From: Mobula birostris
Taxonomy: Eukaryota
Direction of reading: 5' to 3'
NCBI RefSeq assembly: GCF_030028105.1
Contig: NC_092375.1
Span: forward strand, 44,119,130-44,183,129
DNA: 64,000 nt
Under the pieces are notes generated by a model. It saw nothing but the letters and a program-made list of their open reading frames with translations, was not told the origin of the DNA and ran no database searches. The position numbers and the translations under genes are program-made. Positions within the stretch are counted from its first letter, which is position 1, and each line of letters begins with the position of its first letter. Below, one piece after another: positions 1-13,767 of this stretch.

Positions 1-473
1 ATTTCCCAGTATCCCTTCATGCACTGACTAATCTATCAACCTCTACCTTGACTATACCCAATGATGGCATTGATAAACTCAGGAAAAATGTGTTTTACTG
101 CTACAAGTGATGTTTTTTTTAATTGCCAGAGCCTAACAGCAGAGTGCTGCTACTTTTTCCAACACTGTGCAATTGAAAATTGATTTAACAAGGAGTAAAT
201 TGCATTTGGTACTATTTCCAGGAAAAACCACGCTGACCTTCAACTGATAATTCTGGCCAAGTCACCCTATTTCAAATTCAGAGACTTGGTTACAATGAGC
301 TTTAATGCAACACAATGCTTTAATATTTTTAGGCTGCTGTCTTCTGTAAAAGGTAGTGTTAATCAGTAAAACATACCCTTTTATTTCTTGCCACTATTGT
401 CATTACAATTTAAAAAAATGAAACTAAAGTGTATTTCACCCTCACTGAGAGCAGAGCAAGATATGTGGCATAC

Positions 474-815
474 CCCAAACAGGCAGATGAACAACTGCTT
501 TTCCATATCCACCATCAGTGCTAACAAACAACATGTAATCTCCTTCATCCCAAAGATTAACATTCTTCAATGTAAGAAATGCTTTGCCGTTATTGATTGA
601 ATTTTCATCAACTTGAATTCTTTTTGAGTAGTTGGCATGCTGGTTGCTGAAATCACTTTTACTTTCTTTGTACTCATATAAAATTTCAGAGCCAGGATTC
701 TTCTCCCATTTCACTGCTGGAGTACATTGGCCATTGCAATCAAATGAACACTCGAAGGTGACAGATCCTCCAATTTCTGCAGCTGGTTCCTGCTCACACT
801 CAACTCTGAATGCAC
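474..815 (-). CDS. IgV-set exon of a B7/butyrophilin-family gene (VTCN1/HHLA2/CD276-like)
   Basis: 342-bp phase 1-1 exon: acceptor ttctatcctttattcAG (817-816), donor G|GTATGC (473). Encodes AFRVECEQEPAAEIGGSVTFECSF..VKW..FSNQHANYSKRIQVDENSINNGKAFLTLKNVNLWDEGDYMLFVSTDGGYGKAVVHLPVW, matching B7 distal-V motifs (R..I.NG.A.L.L.NV...DEG.Y). Confidence 0.9.
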
Positions 816-883
816 CTGAATAAAGGATAGAAATAGTTATAAACAAAACCTTCTCGAAAAAAAAAATTCAAACGTTCACTTAC

Positions 884-920
884 GTTTCAGCTGATCAGCT
901 TTTCTATTGTTAACACAAGT
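884..920 (-). CDS. 37-nt micro-exon upstream of the IgV exon (TCVNNRKADQLK-R)
   Basis: Acceptor atacctttttcAG (922-921), donor AAC|GTAAGT (883). Open only in phase 0->1, which matches the phase-1 IgV acceptor across a 68-nt intron. Confidence 0.55.
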
Positions 921-2039
921 CTGAAAAAGGTATATTTTTCCACTTACAAATTGCTTTCAGAAAATTCCTTGCCTGATATTCATCTCACTTTAAGAACTTG
1001 GGCAATGGACGAGGATGGTCTGCAGAATTTTCCAGTTTCTCCAATTTGATTGATTCCATTTATCTTTAAAAAGTTAATTGTATCCATCCAACACCTTCTT
1101 GTCTAAATATTAGTCTGTACTTTGCTGGGTTTTAACATTACACTGTTGCACTCACATTTATAATTTACAGGATGTTTTCTATGCTACAGAAGAACACTGC
1201 TCCCAGCAGATCTAACTTGCACAAAATCATCACTCTGCTTGAACAAAAGTTGGATAAGAATTACTACAAAACCTCATGGCATGATTGGAGTCTGATCTGG
1301 AAATTCTAGGACTCTACTGACTTTGAGCCCATGTCCTTGTGCTGACAATTTAAAACTTCACCCAATCAGTTTGTCTGAAAAGGGACCACAAATCCACAGT
1401 TTCAATTCACTTGACTGTCCACATCCTTTCGTTTCATTTCTGTCACAGGCTATAATAAAAATCAAACAGGGCAATATTCTGTATTTTCAGTTTGTTAATA
1501 ACATGGCTTTGCATTGTTGTTATATTTTGCAATTTGTTTTGAGTCATGGCCAGATTTCTTGAGGTATAGTAACATTCCCTATGGGTTTGAGAGTTGGATT
1601 CAGAAAGGGTTGAAAAATATGCAGTCTAAGAACATAACCTGTTGTCCTATCAGGTTGGAATGACAATTGACCACTGTTAAAATCCTGATCACTGAATTTT
1701 TAGATATTTAGCAATAAAACTAATAATTGTCATGTTAAACTGCTAAGCTTAACAACAAGGATCTCTACCACAGCCTCAATATAAATTGACCCAGTTGATT
1801 CCATAAGCTGACAATATGGAAAATAAACTGTTTAAGGTAATGTGGTATTATGATTACAAACTTAACAGTCTATTAGGTAGAAATAAAACCACAGATCTCT
1901 TAAAACTCCAACTGAAATTTTCACACATTAACAAAATTTGAATGCTTGCCCTGGGCCTTTCAATACCAGCTTTGGCAGAATTATGTTGTCACTTACTTAT
2001 TTGCCTCTTTGGCAAAAATTAAAGGTCTTAGAAATGATC

Positions 2040-3130
2040 TTCAATATTACTGTATGTGATGATTTTACATCCTCACTGGCCACAGGAGTAATGCCAGGAG
2101 ATTGGAGTATGACAAATGTTATTCCTTTGTTCAAGGAGAAAGTCATAGGGATGACCCTGGGAATTACAGAGCAGTGATTTTACATCAGTGATGGGCAAAC
2201 TTTTGGAGAGGATTTATAAGCACTTGGAGAAACACAGCCTAATTAGAGATAATTAGCATGGTTTTGTGAGGAACAGGTCATGCTATATGAGCTTGATTGA
2301 CTTGTTTGAGTCAGCAACAAAACTAATTGTTGAAGTTAGAGCAGTGGACACAGTGTATATGGATTTTAGTACGGAATTCAACAAGATTTCCCATGGTAAG
2401 TTCATTCAAAAAGTCAGGAGCATGGGATTCAGGGAATCTTGGCTGCATGGATTTGGAATTGGCTTGTCCACAGAAGGCAGAAGATTGTACATAGAGTGTA
2501 TCCTGCCTGTAGGTCTGTGACGAATGGTGTTCCACAGGGATCTGATCTGGGACCTCTGCTCTTCAATATTTATAAAAATGACTTAGATGTGGAATTGGAA
2601 CAGCATGTTAATAAGTTGGTGGTATTGTGCATGGTGTAGAAGGCTGTCACAGGTTACAATGGGAAATTGATACAATGCAAAGCTGGGCTGAGAAGAGGCG
2701 GATGAAGTTCAACTTTGGAAGACTGAACTTGAAAGCAAAATATAAGGTTAATGGCAGGATTCTTGATCGTGTGGAGGAATAGATAGATCTTGTGATCCAT
2801 ATCCATAGATCCTTCAAAGTTGCCACACAAGTTGATAGGATAGCTGAGGAGGTCTATGATGTGTTGGCCTTTGTTAGTCAAGGGACTGAGTTTAAGAAGT
2901 GATTAGAGGAAAGTCTAAGGGTATGTCTGAGGTGGTTTTTAATTAAACACAAGAGAATTTTAAGTGCATGGAACGCACTGCCCGGTAGGAGCAGATACAT
3001 TAGGTATATTTTAGATAGGCATATAGATAAAAGAAAAATGAAGGACAATGTGGGTGAGAAAGGACAGATTAATCTTGGAATAGGTTAAAACGTCAGCACA
3101 TCATCATGGGCTAATGGGCCTGTACTGTTC
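2040..3130 (+). mobile_element. CR1 LINE, degenerate ORF2/3' fragment
   Basis: RT remnants VYMDFS..FNKI.HG, GVPQGSDLGPLLFNIY.NDLD; CR1-type 3' end near 3120. Confidence 0.85.
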
Positions 3131-3450
3131 TTTGTCCTGTGCTCCATGTTGTGGAAATATAGTCTTGAGTAGCAATGCAGCAATGTAAGGAGGCTACTGA
3201 AGCATCTAACATCAACCTCATCCAGAGAATAACTTACCAACAGGAACAAGCAACAAGGAACACACCACAGCTGAGATATACATCATCCTGAAAAGAAATT
3301 AACAATTGGTTAGAAGAGAGTAAACTGAGCATTTAAAGCATCTACCAAATGGTCAGAGTAAAATAATAACGTTCAAGTGTAAAATTCTAATATTTGCTTC
3401 TGCACATTCATATACAAAAATTATTTAGATATAAGACTATCAGATGTATA

Positions 3451-4050
3451 GAACATGGAACATAGAAAGGTACAATACAGGAATAAGCCCCTTGGTTCAC
3501 GATGTCTATGCTGACCATAATACTCACCCAAACTAATCCCATCTACCTGCACATGTTCTGCATCTCTCATTTCCTGCCTGTTCACGTGCCTACCTGAATG
3601 CCTCACAAATGTTATTGTATCTGCTTCCACCACTTTACTTGGCAGCATGTTCCAGGCATCTACCACTCTCTTGTGTAAAATATTTTCCTTGTAAATCTCC
3701 TTTAAGCTTTCCACCTTGCACCTTAAAGCTACGCCCTCTGTTATTTGTAACTTCAACCCTGGGTCAAGGATTTTCATTATCTATCTATACACGCCTTTCA
3801 TAACCTTATAGATTTCTATCAGGTTGCCTCTCAGCCCTGATGCTCCAAAGAAAACTATCAAAATTTGTTTAACCTCTCCTGTGGCCCAACCATAGTTTCA
3901 GACAACTGCAATATGACTTCCCAACTTTTATACTCAACACCCCAACAGATGAAGGCAAGTATCCCAGGTAACTTCTCTTCTACCCCATTTACTTTCAGGA
4001 AGCCATGAATTCGCACCCAAGATCCCTCTCAGACCATGTATATTATTGTC
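3451..4050 (-). mobile_element. CR1 LINE 3' fragment
   Basis: Reverse-oriented CR1 tail (aacatagaaaggtacaatacagg) and ORF2 C-terminal remnant RVVDAWN.LP..VVEADTI. Confidence 0.8.
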
Positions 4051-4933
4051 CACATTATTATATATTACGGATTTGTTTCTAAGTTTGCAGAGGTCAACAT
4101 GACATCAAAATAAAATGCAATGTAAATATTTCTGAAAACTAAGACATGCCGCAAGAAAATATTCAAAAGATGGGGCAAAGGCATAAGAATGAACTCTGGG
4201 GGCAGTTGGCTCATCCATCTACAAGTTCTGCTCTATCTGCATAGACTGGAATGAAGCTTGTATCCATTGGGCAAGTGTAGGGACTGCAACTCTTCAAACA
4301 CTAACTCCTGGATCCTCACAGCTGTCCCAACTCAGAGGCATACTTTCTTATCCCCTTGACTGATAAAGTATACAGTAATTAACTAAAGGAGTGTGCACTG
4401 TTACCAGGAATGCTCTCATTCTCAAGTGCACCATAGGATCAGAATCTCTGATTCCAGCTCATCATCTCCAAACCAAAATTCGTGTAAACGCAGGCAGATG
4501 TAGTCTTAGTATACTACAGCTGCAACATGTCACCTCTTACATATATTCATTACCTTAAATATTTTAAATCTATCGTCACTAGTAGCTTACCGAAAAAACC
4601 CAATGCAAATATACACAGTGCTTTTCATTAAGTTCAGAGATTTAAAGTCCATAATATCTGTACTGTACCAATATATATACCCAGCTTCACTCAACTAACT
4701 CTAGCTGGTTACTCAGTCAGTTTGGAGACTTAGTTGCCTTGCTTTATATTACTATGATTTGAAACTAAAAAATTAAGAGAATTGAATTGTAAAATTCACT
4801 AAAACATTTTAAAATAAAGCAAAACTCATCTAACTCACGAAAAGATGTAATAGATAAAGCAGTAATGAAATGTTATGGTTAAAATGATCTGCACTCCATA
4901 CCCCACTCCCTTCACAACAACTTAAAATGCATA

Positions 4934-6563
4934 CAGGTGTCCGCTGCTTTTCGAACGTTCGCTTTACGAAACCTCGCTGTTACAAAAGACCTTTATCAGT
5001 TACCTGTTTTCGCTAACAGAAGGTGTTTTCACTGTTACGAAGAAAGGCAGCGCGCGCCCCGAGCAGCAAAGCTCCTCTCCCGGAACTGCATTCTAGCCGG
5101 CTTTGCTTAAATATGTGCCTCTGAGCAGCCATTAGCAAGATGAGTTCTAAGGTATCGGAAAAGCCTAAAAGAGCTTGTAAGGGTGTTACACTTAGCGTAA
5201 AACTAGACATAATTAAGCGTTTCGATCGTGGTGAAAAAAGTAAGAATAAAGTGAGTTTGGCTTGTGGAAGCTGACGAAGATGATGATAAAGACGTTTGGC
5301 ATCCCATGAGCAAAAACAGATAGATGAAGAGCCGATGCAATTGGAAGAGGAAAGGAAAATAATCGAAACCACATGCAGTAGCGAATGGACCGAAAGTGAA
5401 GTTGTCCAGGAACTGAATGTGAGCAACCGCATGAGATTTTCGCCACAATGATTGCAGAATAGTACAACTTTAATTTTGAAAGGGTATGTCGGTTTAGGGC
5501 ATATTTGCAGGACGGTTTTGAGTGCTTACAAAGAACTGTATGATAGTAAAATGCATGAGGCTAAGCAGTCAAGCATGCCATCATTTTTCAAGCCTTCCAC
5601 ATCAGCCACAGCAGACGATGAACCTCAAACTTCGACATCGAGGCAAGCAAACATAGTAGAAGATGACCTGCCTGCCCTGATGGAAACAGACAACGATGAG
5701 ATGTCACCCCAGTATCCCACCACCCCAACCACCAGGCCGCGGACCGATACATTGCCACAGGGAATGCAGCGGTAGCCGGGATGCACCCAGCACATCTTTA
5801 AGAAAAACACCGAAATAAACAAGCTTTAGGTGCTGCCCGGCACGTAAATGTCGGCCCAGATCAGAGGCCATTGTCAATTACGCTGCCTCTGATCTGGGCC
5901 AACATTTACGTGCCGGGCAGCACCTAATTAATTAGCTTGTTTATTTCGGCTTTTTTCTTAAAGATGTGCTGGTGCGTCCCAGCTACAGCTGCATTCTCTG
6001 CGGATCGGTATCAGTTCGCCGCCCGGAGGTTGGGGATCACTGCACCACCCCAACCTCCGACGACCCAGCCTAACACACAATCATCAGTGTGCTCGGCGCT
6101 GTCTTCTCGATTCCGGTAAGTGATACTGCAGTGTACATACATTATTTCTACTTTATATAGGCTGTGTATTTTTTAAGTGTTATTTGGTATGATTTGGCAG
6201 CTTCATAGCTTAAGGGTTACTGGAGAGAGTGTTTCTGCCAAGAGCGCTTGCACCATGTTTCTGCCGAGAGCGCTTGCATGAGATTTTCGCTATGGAGAAC
6301 AGTGCGGCAATGATTGTAGAAAAGTATTTCTACTTTATATAGGCTGTGTATCTACCATATCATTCCTGCTTTTACTATATGTTACTGTTATTTTAGGTTT
6401 CATGTGTTATTTGGCATGATTAGGTAGGTTATTTTCTGGGTCTGCAAACGCTCACAAATTTTTCCCATATAAATAAATGGTAATTGCTTCTTCACTTTAC
6501 AACATTCCAGCTTATGAACCGTCTCATAGGAACACTCTACCTTTGGATGGCGGGGGAAACATG
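4934..6563 (+). mobile_element. Tigger/pogo-type DNA transposon, internally deleted
   Basis: TA-flanked ends (TA|CAGGTGTCC ... GGAAACATG|TA; only partly matching). CENP-B-like N-terminus at ~5140 (MSSKVSEKPKRACKGVTLSVKLDIIKRFDRGEK) and C-terminal YKELYDSK..KQSSMPSFFKP. Confidence 0.75.
5762..5997. repeat. ~235-bp near-perfect palindrome inside the Tigger element
   Basis: Arms gtagccgggatgcacccagcac...cccagatcagaggc and gcctctgatctgggcc...gtgctggtgcgtcccagctac around a ~16-nt loop. Confidence 0.9.
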
Positions 6564-7011
6564 TACTGTTATGTTTTATAACTCTAAAACTTAAAAACTA
6601 ATTGAAACAAGGGAATCCAAAATAATGTACCTGAAGTGTATCTTTGTGTTTACTTTAAGTGAAGCATGCACATATCACATGGTGGCATGATGACGTATAC
6701 TAGTTACATACCTTTACATGCAACTGGTAATAAATTATTTAAGCAAAGAATGATTTATCAACATGTTACTCAAATATTACTGAAATATTAAATACTCAAC
6801 ACATACTTTATAACTTCTCCACCACTATTGTTGGCCAAAGCAAAGATTCTGATGAATTTTAGAGAGACTGAAAATCTGGTTGAGTCACGAGAGCCCTGCT
6901 GGCAGCTGATGGAGTATCAACATTTTAGATTACTCCTTCCCTTTTTACCTTATTGTCTCCTACCAGAGTTTTTTTTGAAACCTTATTATAATACTTTAAT
7001 ACTGCTTTACT

Positions 7012-8441
7012 ATGGCTGGGAAAAGAGCAAAAGCTTCTGCAAAAGAAAGAGAAACAGAAGACGATTCCCCAGTCACTTTGGAATCAATCAGTGACTTCCT
7101 TAAACGGCAAAAATCTGAATTCTCCAAGGAGTTTCAACAGCTTAATGGCAAATTGGATACAATCCAACAAACTTTAACTGAGCACGAGAACCGAATTCAG
7201 GAAAATACTGCAAAACTGGTGACATTTGAAGAGGACGTTGAAGATACATCTAACCTCTGCGAAGAGTTATCCTTAACCAATGAAAAAATTATGAAAAGGA
7301 TTATCAGTCTAGAAAATAGAAACAGGAGAAATAACTTGCGAATTCTAGGTCTTGAATCAATTGAAGGCACTGACCCTACAAAGTTCTTTGCAAACTTTCC
7401 GAAAAAGCTACTCCCTGTTCTACTGACTTCTGAGTTGAAGCTTGATCAAGCTTTTCACTCGCCGACTTCGAAGCCATTGTCGTCGGCTGCGAGACCCAAG
7501 TCGGTCACTCTAAGTTTTCATGAATTTCATAATAAAGACCTTTTAATTCGCCATACCCGTCGACAAGGAATGATTGACTTCCATGGTTACAAGGTCAGAT
7601 TTGTGGAAGATTATTCGCCTGAAGTTACGGCTGATCATATGAAATATAAAGAAGTTATGTCGGAATTTTATAATAAAGGATTTGCACCTTATGAAGGAGG
7701 AGAAGATGGAGGCGCGACGCAGCTCGCAGCAGCCACTCCGGTGAATGATATCTGTGCACAATCCTGATTTGATGGAGACAGACGTGACAGCACGGAGGAA
7801 CATCCGGTGAAACTACTGAAATGCCTGTTTCACTGCTGTTCGCTGCTACCGTGTGATCCAGAATCTCCAGAGGGGAAGGCCCCGAGTCCTCGGATTTGCT
7901 TGTTGCTCGACGGCCAGGGCGGGGTTGAAGCACTCGGCAGAGATGGTGCTCGGTGTCGGAGGGCTGGTTGGAGGCTCGAAGTTTTTGGACGGACTCAGAA
8001 TTGGCTGCAGTCCGGTGCTTCCAACTCATCGGCAAGTTTGCGGCGCTTGGAGGCAGGGAGAGTTTCTCCCTTCTACCCTCAGCATGAGATGATGGGGCTA
8101 TCGGGACTTGAGCCATTTTTTTTTACCATGCCCATGGTCTGCTCTTCATCAAATTACGGTATTGCTTTGCATTGTTGTAACTATATGTTATAATTATGTT
8201 AGTTTTGGTTTGTCCTGTGTTTCTGTGATATCTCTCTGGAGCGACATTGTATCATTTTTTAATGCATGCATTTCTAATTGACAATAAACGAGGACTGAGT
8301 GTCCTCATAATCTAATCTAATCTAATCTAAACCATCCCTTCTGTTTCCCACCCATCTGAGTATTGATTTGAAGAAAACAGATTGCGAAAAAGAATAAAGT
8401 TGGTTGAAAACGCAAAGGAGTTTCTGAAGGATGAAGCCTAA
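7012..8441 (+). pseudogene. L1 ORF1, interrupted by an insertion
   Basis: Frame ..YNKGFAP breaks at ~7689 and resumes at ~8331 as PSLLFPTHLSI..EFLKDEA*. Confidence 0.8.
7689..8330 (+). mobile_element. Non-autonomous retroelement with (TCTAA)n tail inserted in L1 ORF1
   Basis: Ends aataaacgaggactgagtgtcctcataatctaatctaatctaa; same family as 45450-45926. Confidence 0.7.
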
Positions 8442-8941
8442 AACTGTTATATTTCTTAGTTGATCAATTTTCTCCTCTGTTAATATGAATTTGAAATAAG
8501 GTTTCAATAAGCCTATGTTTTGGTTGTTCGTATATTGTTTTTTGTTGCATTTTTTTAATACTTTTTTATTATATCCCTTTTTGAGGCTTTATTTTAACAC
8601 AGCTTTCTTTGAATTTGTTTAAACTAATCCTTTTATATTTCTGAATTCTGAGTTATTTTTCTTTTTATGTTGTGTCTTGGTAGGGACATATTTGACCTTG
8701 TAGGATCGGAGTTTCTGTCAACAGGATTTTTTGGGGAGGGAACTTAGTTGTTAGCTCGCTGATTGTCTATTGGTCAGCTTTCTTGCTTTGGGTGGGGGAG
8801 GGAGTAGGGCCTATTTCTCCCTGGGAGCTGTGTTGGGTCGGTTATATGACTGCCTCTTTGACTACCTTACCTTACGGTTTGCTTTCTAGTTTTTATAACT
8901 TATGGCCAGATATTTTAATTACATAATGATTTCTATTTAAA

Positions 8942-11900
8942 ATGGTTCAAAATACTAACTTATTTAGTTTGAATATGAAAGGGCTGAATCATCCCATTAA
9001 ACAGAACAAAGTGTTTGCTTATATTAAAAAATTAAAAGCACCCATTATTTTCTTACAAGAAACACAAATACGCAACTGTGATAGCTTACATTTGTTTACT
9101 CGGTGGAAGGGTATGCAGTTCCACTCTTCGTTTGATGGAAAATCACGTGAAGTTTTGATTTTTGTAGATAATAGCTTCCTTTGTTCAGCATACAGTTGTT
9201 TTGGATCCTAATGGTCGATTTGTTATTGTATCAGGGAGTTTAGACAGTAAATTGATTGTTTGCCAGATTTGTGTACTTACTGTCTTGTGATGGGAGGAGA
9301 TTTTAATTGCTGGTTAGATCCAGTATTAGATCACTCATCTGTCAAACCAGCCACACTTAATAAATCAGCTTTGTTTATCCAACCCTTTCTAACTAAATGT
9401 GGTATAGTTGATGTTTGGCATTTTCTTCATCCAACGGACAGGGAGTATTCTTTTTTCTCTCATGCCCATCATTCTTATACCAGGATTGATTATTTTTTTA
9501 TTGACAGTCAAATGATTCCATTGGTTCAATCGATCGAAAATAAAGAGATTGCTATTTCTGACCACTCTCCTGTACTTCTATCTTTAAATCTCCCTGGTTC
9601 TATCCCTATGAGTAGATTTTGGCGATTTAATTTAACTCTGCTATCCAATGAGGACTTTTTAAAACTTATGGAAAATCAAATTACTCTTTTTTTTTGAAGA
9701 AAATACTTCGGAAGAGACATCTTGTCTTATTATATGGGATACTTTTAAAGCATATATCCAGGGTCAAATTATGTCTTATACTGCAAATATCATTATAAAA
9801 GCTAACAAAGAGAGAAACGAACTAGCTATTCAGTTAAAACTGGACCATAAATATGCTTCGATACCCGACCCTGAAACATATAAGAGACGTATTGAAACCA
9901 AAACTAAATATGATCTTCTTTTCACCCATCCTATTGAAAGCCAGCTTATAAAAGATAGAAGTCAATTTTATATTCACGGAGATAAAACTGGTAAGCTACC
10001 GGTTAATCAATTGAAGCCATTTTTAGCCAAGTGGCAAATTAAAGAAATACCTAAAATTAATGGGGACATTAGTGAGAGTAAGAGTTCAGCACGGACTAGA
10101 AGGGCCGAGATGGCCTGTTTCCATGCTGTAATTGTTATATGGTTATACGACAAGTGACCACTCTGAAATTAATGACACTTTGAGGGAATTTTATTTCAAA
10201 ATGTATAGTTCTGACTCTGTTAAGGATAATATTGCAATGAATAATTTTTTAGATCAAGTGAATATTCCTAATCTTTCAATAGATGATCGTAGGCAATTGG
10301 ATTAACCCATTTCCCAGGAGGAAATTGCTCAGGCTATTCAAGAATTGCATTCTGGGAAATCCCCAGGATCCGATGGATTCTCTGCAGAGTTTTATAAGGC
10401 TTTTTCCTCCCTTATACCACACTTATGTTCTACCCTTACAGATTCCTTTAAGGTAGGAAGATTACCGCAGTCCTTTTTACAAAGCTTCCATTTCGCTTCT
10501 TCTCAAAAAGAATAAGAATCCTACTGAATGTTCTTCGTATAGACCTATCTCTTTACTCAGTTTTGATAACTAAAATTTTATCTAAAGTGTTGGATCGCAG
10601 ACTTGAAAATATTTTATCTTCTATAGTTTCGGATGATCAGACAGGATTTATTAAAAATCGATATTCCAATTTTAATATATGGCCTTTGTTAAATGTTATG
10701 CATTCTCCATCTAAGGAAATATCGGAATGTGTGATATCTTTGGATGCAGAGAAAGCCTTTGACAGAGTTGAATAGAATTTACATCCTTAGAAAAAAGTAA
10801 TTTTGGACCTAATTTTATTCATTGGATTAAATTACTTTATTTATCTCCCTCCGCTCGGGTCCTTACTAATCTTCAGAATTCTAAACCCCTTAAACTCCAC
10901 TGTGGAACTAGACAAAGTTGTCCTTTGAGCCCTCTGCTTTCTGATTTGGTATTAGAACCCTTAGCAATTGCTTTTCAAGTGTCTAAAGAGATTACTGGTA
11001 TTTTAAGGAGAGGTACTATCCATAAAGTGTCGCTCTATGCTGATGACTTATTGCTTTTTCTATCTAATGTTATAACCTCCTTACCATTTGTGTTTCGTTT
11101 ACTGACTAATTTTAGTCAGTTCTCAGGACATAAACTAAATTTACATAAAAGTAAACTGTTTCCTTTAAACAATTTAATACCAACTAATATTAACCTTCCT
11201 TTTAAAATTTAACAAAAACAATTTATGTATTTAGGAGTAACAATTACTAAGAAATATAAAGACTTATTAAAGGAAAATGTTTTAACTTTATTGAATTAAG
11301 TTAAAAAAGCACTTTCTAGTTGGTCGCCTCTCTATCTATCATTGATTGGCCAAATTAATTCTATTAAAATGAATATCTTACCTAAATTTATATACCTCTT
11401 TTCAAGCTGTGCCTGTTTTTATTCCTAAAACTTTTTTTGACTCTTTGGATTCAATTCTTTCTTCTTATAAATGGAAGAATACCAAACCTCTTATAAATAA
11501 AGCTCACCTTCAAAAAAAAACAAACAGAATGGTGGCTTTGCCTTACCCAACTTTAGCTTATATTATTGGGCAATTAATATACAAAATATTACGTTCTAGA
11601 TATATTACATTAACCATGAGAATTGCCCTATATGGGTTTCTTTGGAAGTCAAGTCTATTATGAAATTTTCCATTATTTCTTTACTTGGATCCTCACTTCT
11701 TTTATCTTTAAATAAGCTAACTGACAATCTGGTGGTCAAACATACTTTGAGGATTTGGTTACAGTTCAGAAAACATTTTGGTTTATTGAGATTCTCCCTC
11801 TCGAGCCTCATCTTTTCTAATTGTTTTTTAAACCATCTTTAATTGACTTATCTTTCAAAGAATGGGATAGATAGGGTATTAAACGATTTTAGCATTTGTT

Positions 11901-12715
11901 TGATGGAGAGAATCTCTTCTTTTTTGCAACTTTCAACGAAATTTAACCTTCGCAATACCCACTTTTTTCAATATTTACAGCTTAGAGATTTTTAAAGATC
12001 TCAATTACATACATTTCCTACAAGTCCAGATAAGGATAATAGATACAATTTTTAATCTGAAACCCTTTGACAACGGTTCAATATCTTACATTTATGGTCT
12101 GCTATTGGGACTGAAAAAGGCCTATTTAGACAAAATTAAAGGAGACTGGGAAAAGGATTTACAGATTTTCAAATCTGAAGAGAGCTGAAGATTATTTTAA
12201 AATTGATTAATTTTTCATCATTATGTGCTCGTCATTTTCTATTACAATGCAAAGTGGTACATAGAGTTCATATGTCTAAAGACAAGCTCTCTCGTTTCTA
12301 CGCAAATATTTCCCCTTACTGTGACAGATGTACTAATGGAATGGCCACACTAATTCATACGTTTTGGACATGTCTGAGCCTTGAAAAATTTTGGAAAGAT
12401 GTATTTCAAACTTTTTCTGTACTCTTCAATGTTACTTTTAAGCCCAATCCTTTGACTGCCATGTTTGGTATTGTCAAGGATAGCGCGACAAAACTGAAGC
12501 CATCTAATTTGCGGGTATTGGCCTTTATGTCTCTTATGGCCAGGAGGGTGATCTTGCTCAAGTGGAAGGAGACTGCCCCGCCCACTCATGCTCAATGGTT
12601 ATCTGATGTTATGTTATGCCTTGATATAGAGAAGATTCATTGTTCGATTTCTGGTTCAAAACGTGATTTTCTAATGTTATGGGGACCCTTTCTGAGTTAT
12701 TTTCATAATCTTTGA
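8942..12715 (+). pseudogene. L1 ORF2 (endonuclease/RT), multiply frameshifted
   Basis: Successive ORF pieces 8942, 9260, 9771, 10563, 10925, 11409, 11642, 12203 carry ordered L1 ORF2 motifs; a short CR1 3' tail is inserted at ~10075-10146. Confidence 0.88.
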
Positions 12716-13059
12716 ACTGTTATTAAAGTATGGATCTGAGCCATTATATTATTATTATAATATTAATTGTAAAGGTATCTCTTTTTTTCCTTCTCTTTTT
12801 TTTTTAACCAACCAGCACATTTTGGTGGTGGGGGTAGATTTTTGTTAATAAAATACAATTATTTTACCTTATTTCATTTCATAATTCAATTTTTTTTCTA
12901 CGATTGATTTGGAATATGGGATACTGTGTTTTAAATGTAATGCAATTTATATTACTTATTTGTATCCTAATGAATTTTGTATTTGTATTTATGCAATTTA
13001 TATAATATTAATTAAAATATAGAAAGAGAAAATCCAGTTAAGTGATGCCAAAACACTAG

Positions 13060-13760
13060 TCCCTCACTCAGCGTCAGCAAAACCTAAGAGCTGATTATCA
13101 TCTGCAGGAGGATGAAGCTCATTCCGGGAATGGAAGTGGAGAAGGCAGTAGCTTTAAATTTCTTGGCGCTGATATATCAGAGAATATTTCCTGGAACCAG
13201 CAACTAAGTGTTATCACAAAGAAGGCACAACAGTGCCCTTACTTTCTTAGAAGTTTATGCATTCCTGGCATGTCACAAAGAATTCCGACAATCTTCTACA
13301 GATGCACAGTATAAAGTATCCAAACTAGTTGCATCATGGCTCAGCATGGAAAGTTGTGCCCGGGAATGGTGAAGGTTACAGAAAGTAGTGGATACAGCCC
13401 AGTCCATCACAGTCAAAGCCCTTCCCACCATTGAGGATATTTACATGGAATGCTGCGACAAGAAAATAGCATCCATCATTAAAGACTCCCACCAAATGGG
13501 CCAGTCTCTTTTCTATACTACCGCTGGGCAGGAGGTACAGAAGCTTAGGCTCCCAGGGACAGTTATTACCCTACTACCATCAGACTCCTGTTCCAGAAAG
13601 GATAATTTCAATCACCCCGACTCTGAACTGATTCTATGACTTACAGACTCACTTTCAAGGATCCTTTACAACTCATTTTTATGTGCACAATTCATCATTT
13701 GCACATTAGCTGTCAGTTGTTTGTCACTTTGTCTACTCATGAATAATTTTTCATAAAATT
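13060..13760 (+). mobile_element. Rex1/Babar-like LINE 3' fragment, old
   Basis: Remnants of FKFLG..ISE.LSW..KKAQQ.LYFLR and DTAQSITVKALPTIEDIY. Confidence 0.65.
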
Positions 13761-13767
13761 CTATTTT

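Larger units (their letters stand above)
6900..13025 (+). mobile_element. L1-clade LINE, near full length, degenerate
   Basis: ORF1 from 7012 (coiled coil, ENRNRRNNLRILGL..EG.DP) ending near 8441; fragmented ORF2 8942-12715 with APE (SLNMKGLN, FLQET, GGDFN, ISDHSP), RT (SLDAEKAFDRVE, LYADDLLL) and C-terminal CDRC..HTFWTC; A-rich end ~13020. Confidence 0.92.

Noticed and set aside
7655-8193. Overlapping ORFs within the insertion in L1 ORF1
   Set aside because: GC-rich non-autonomous element with no recognisable domain.
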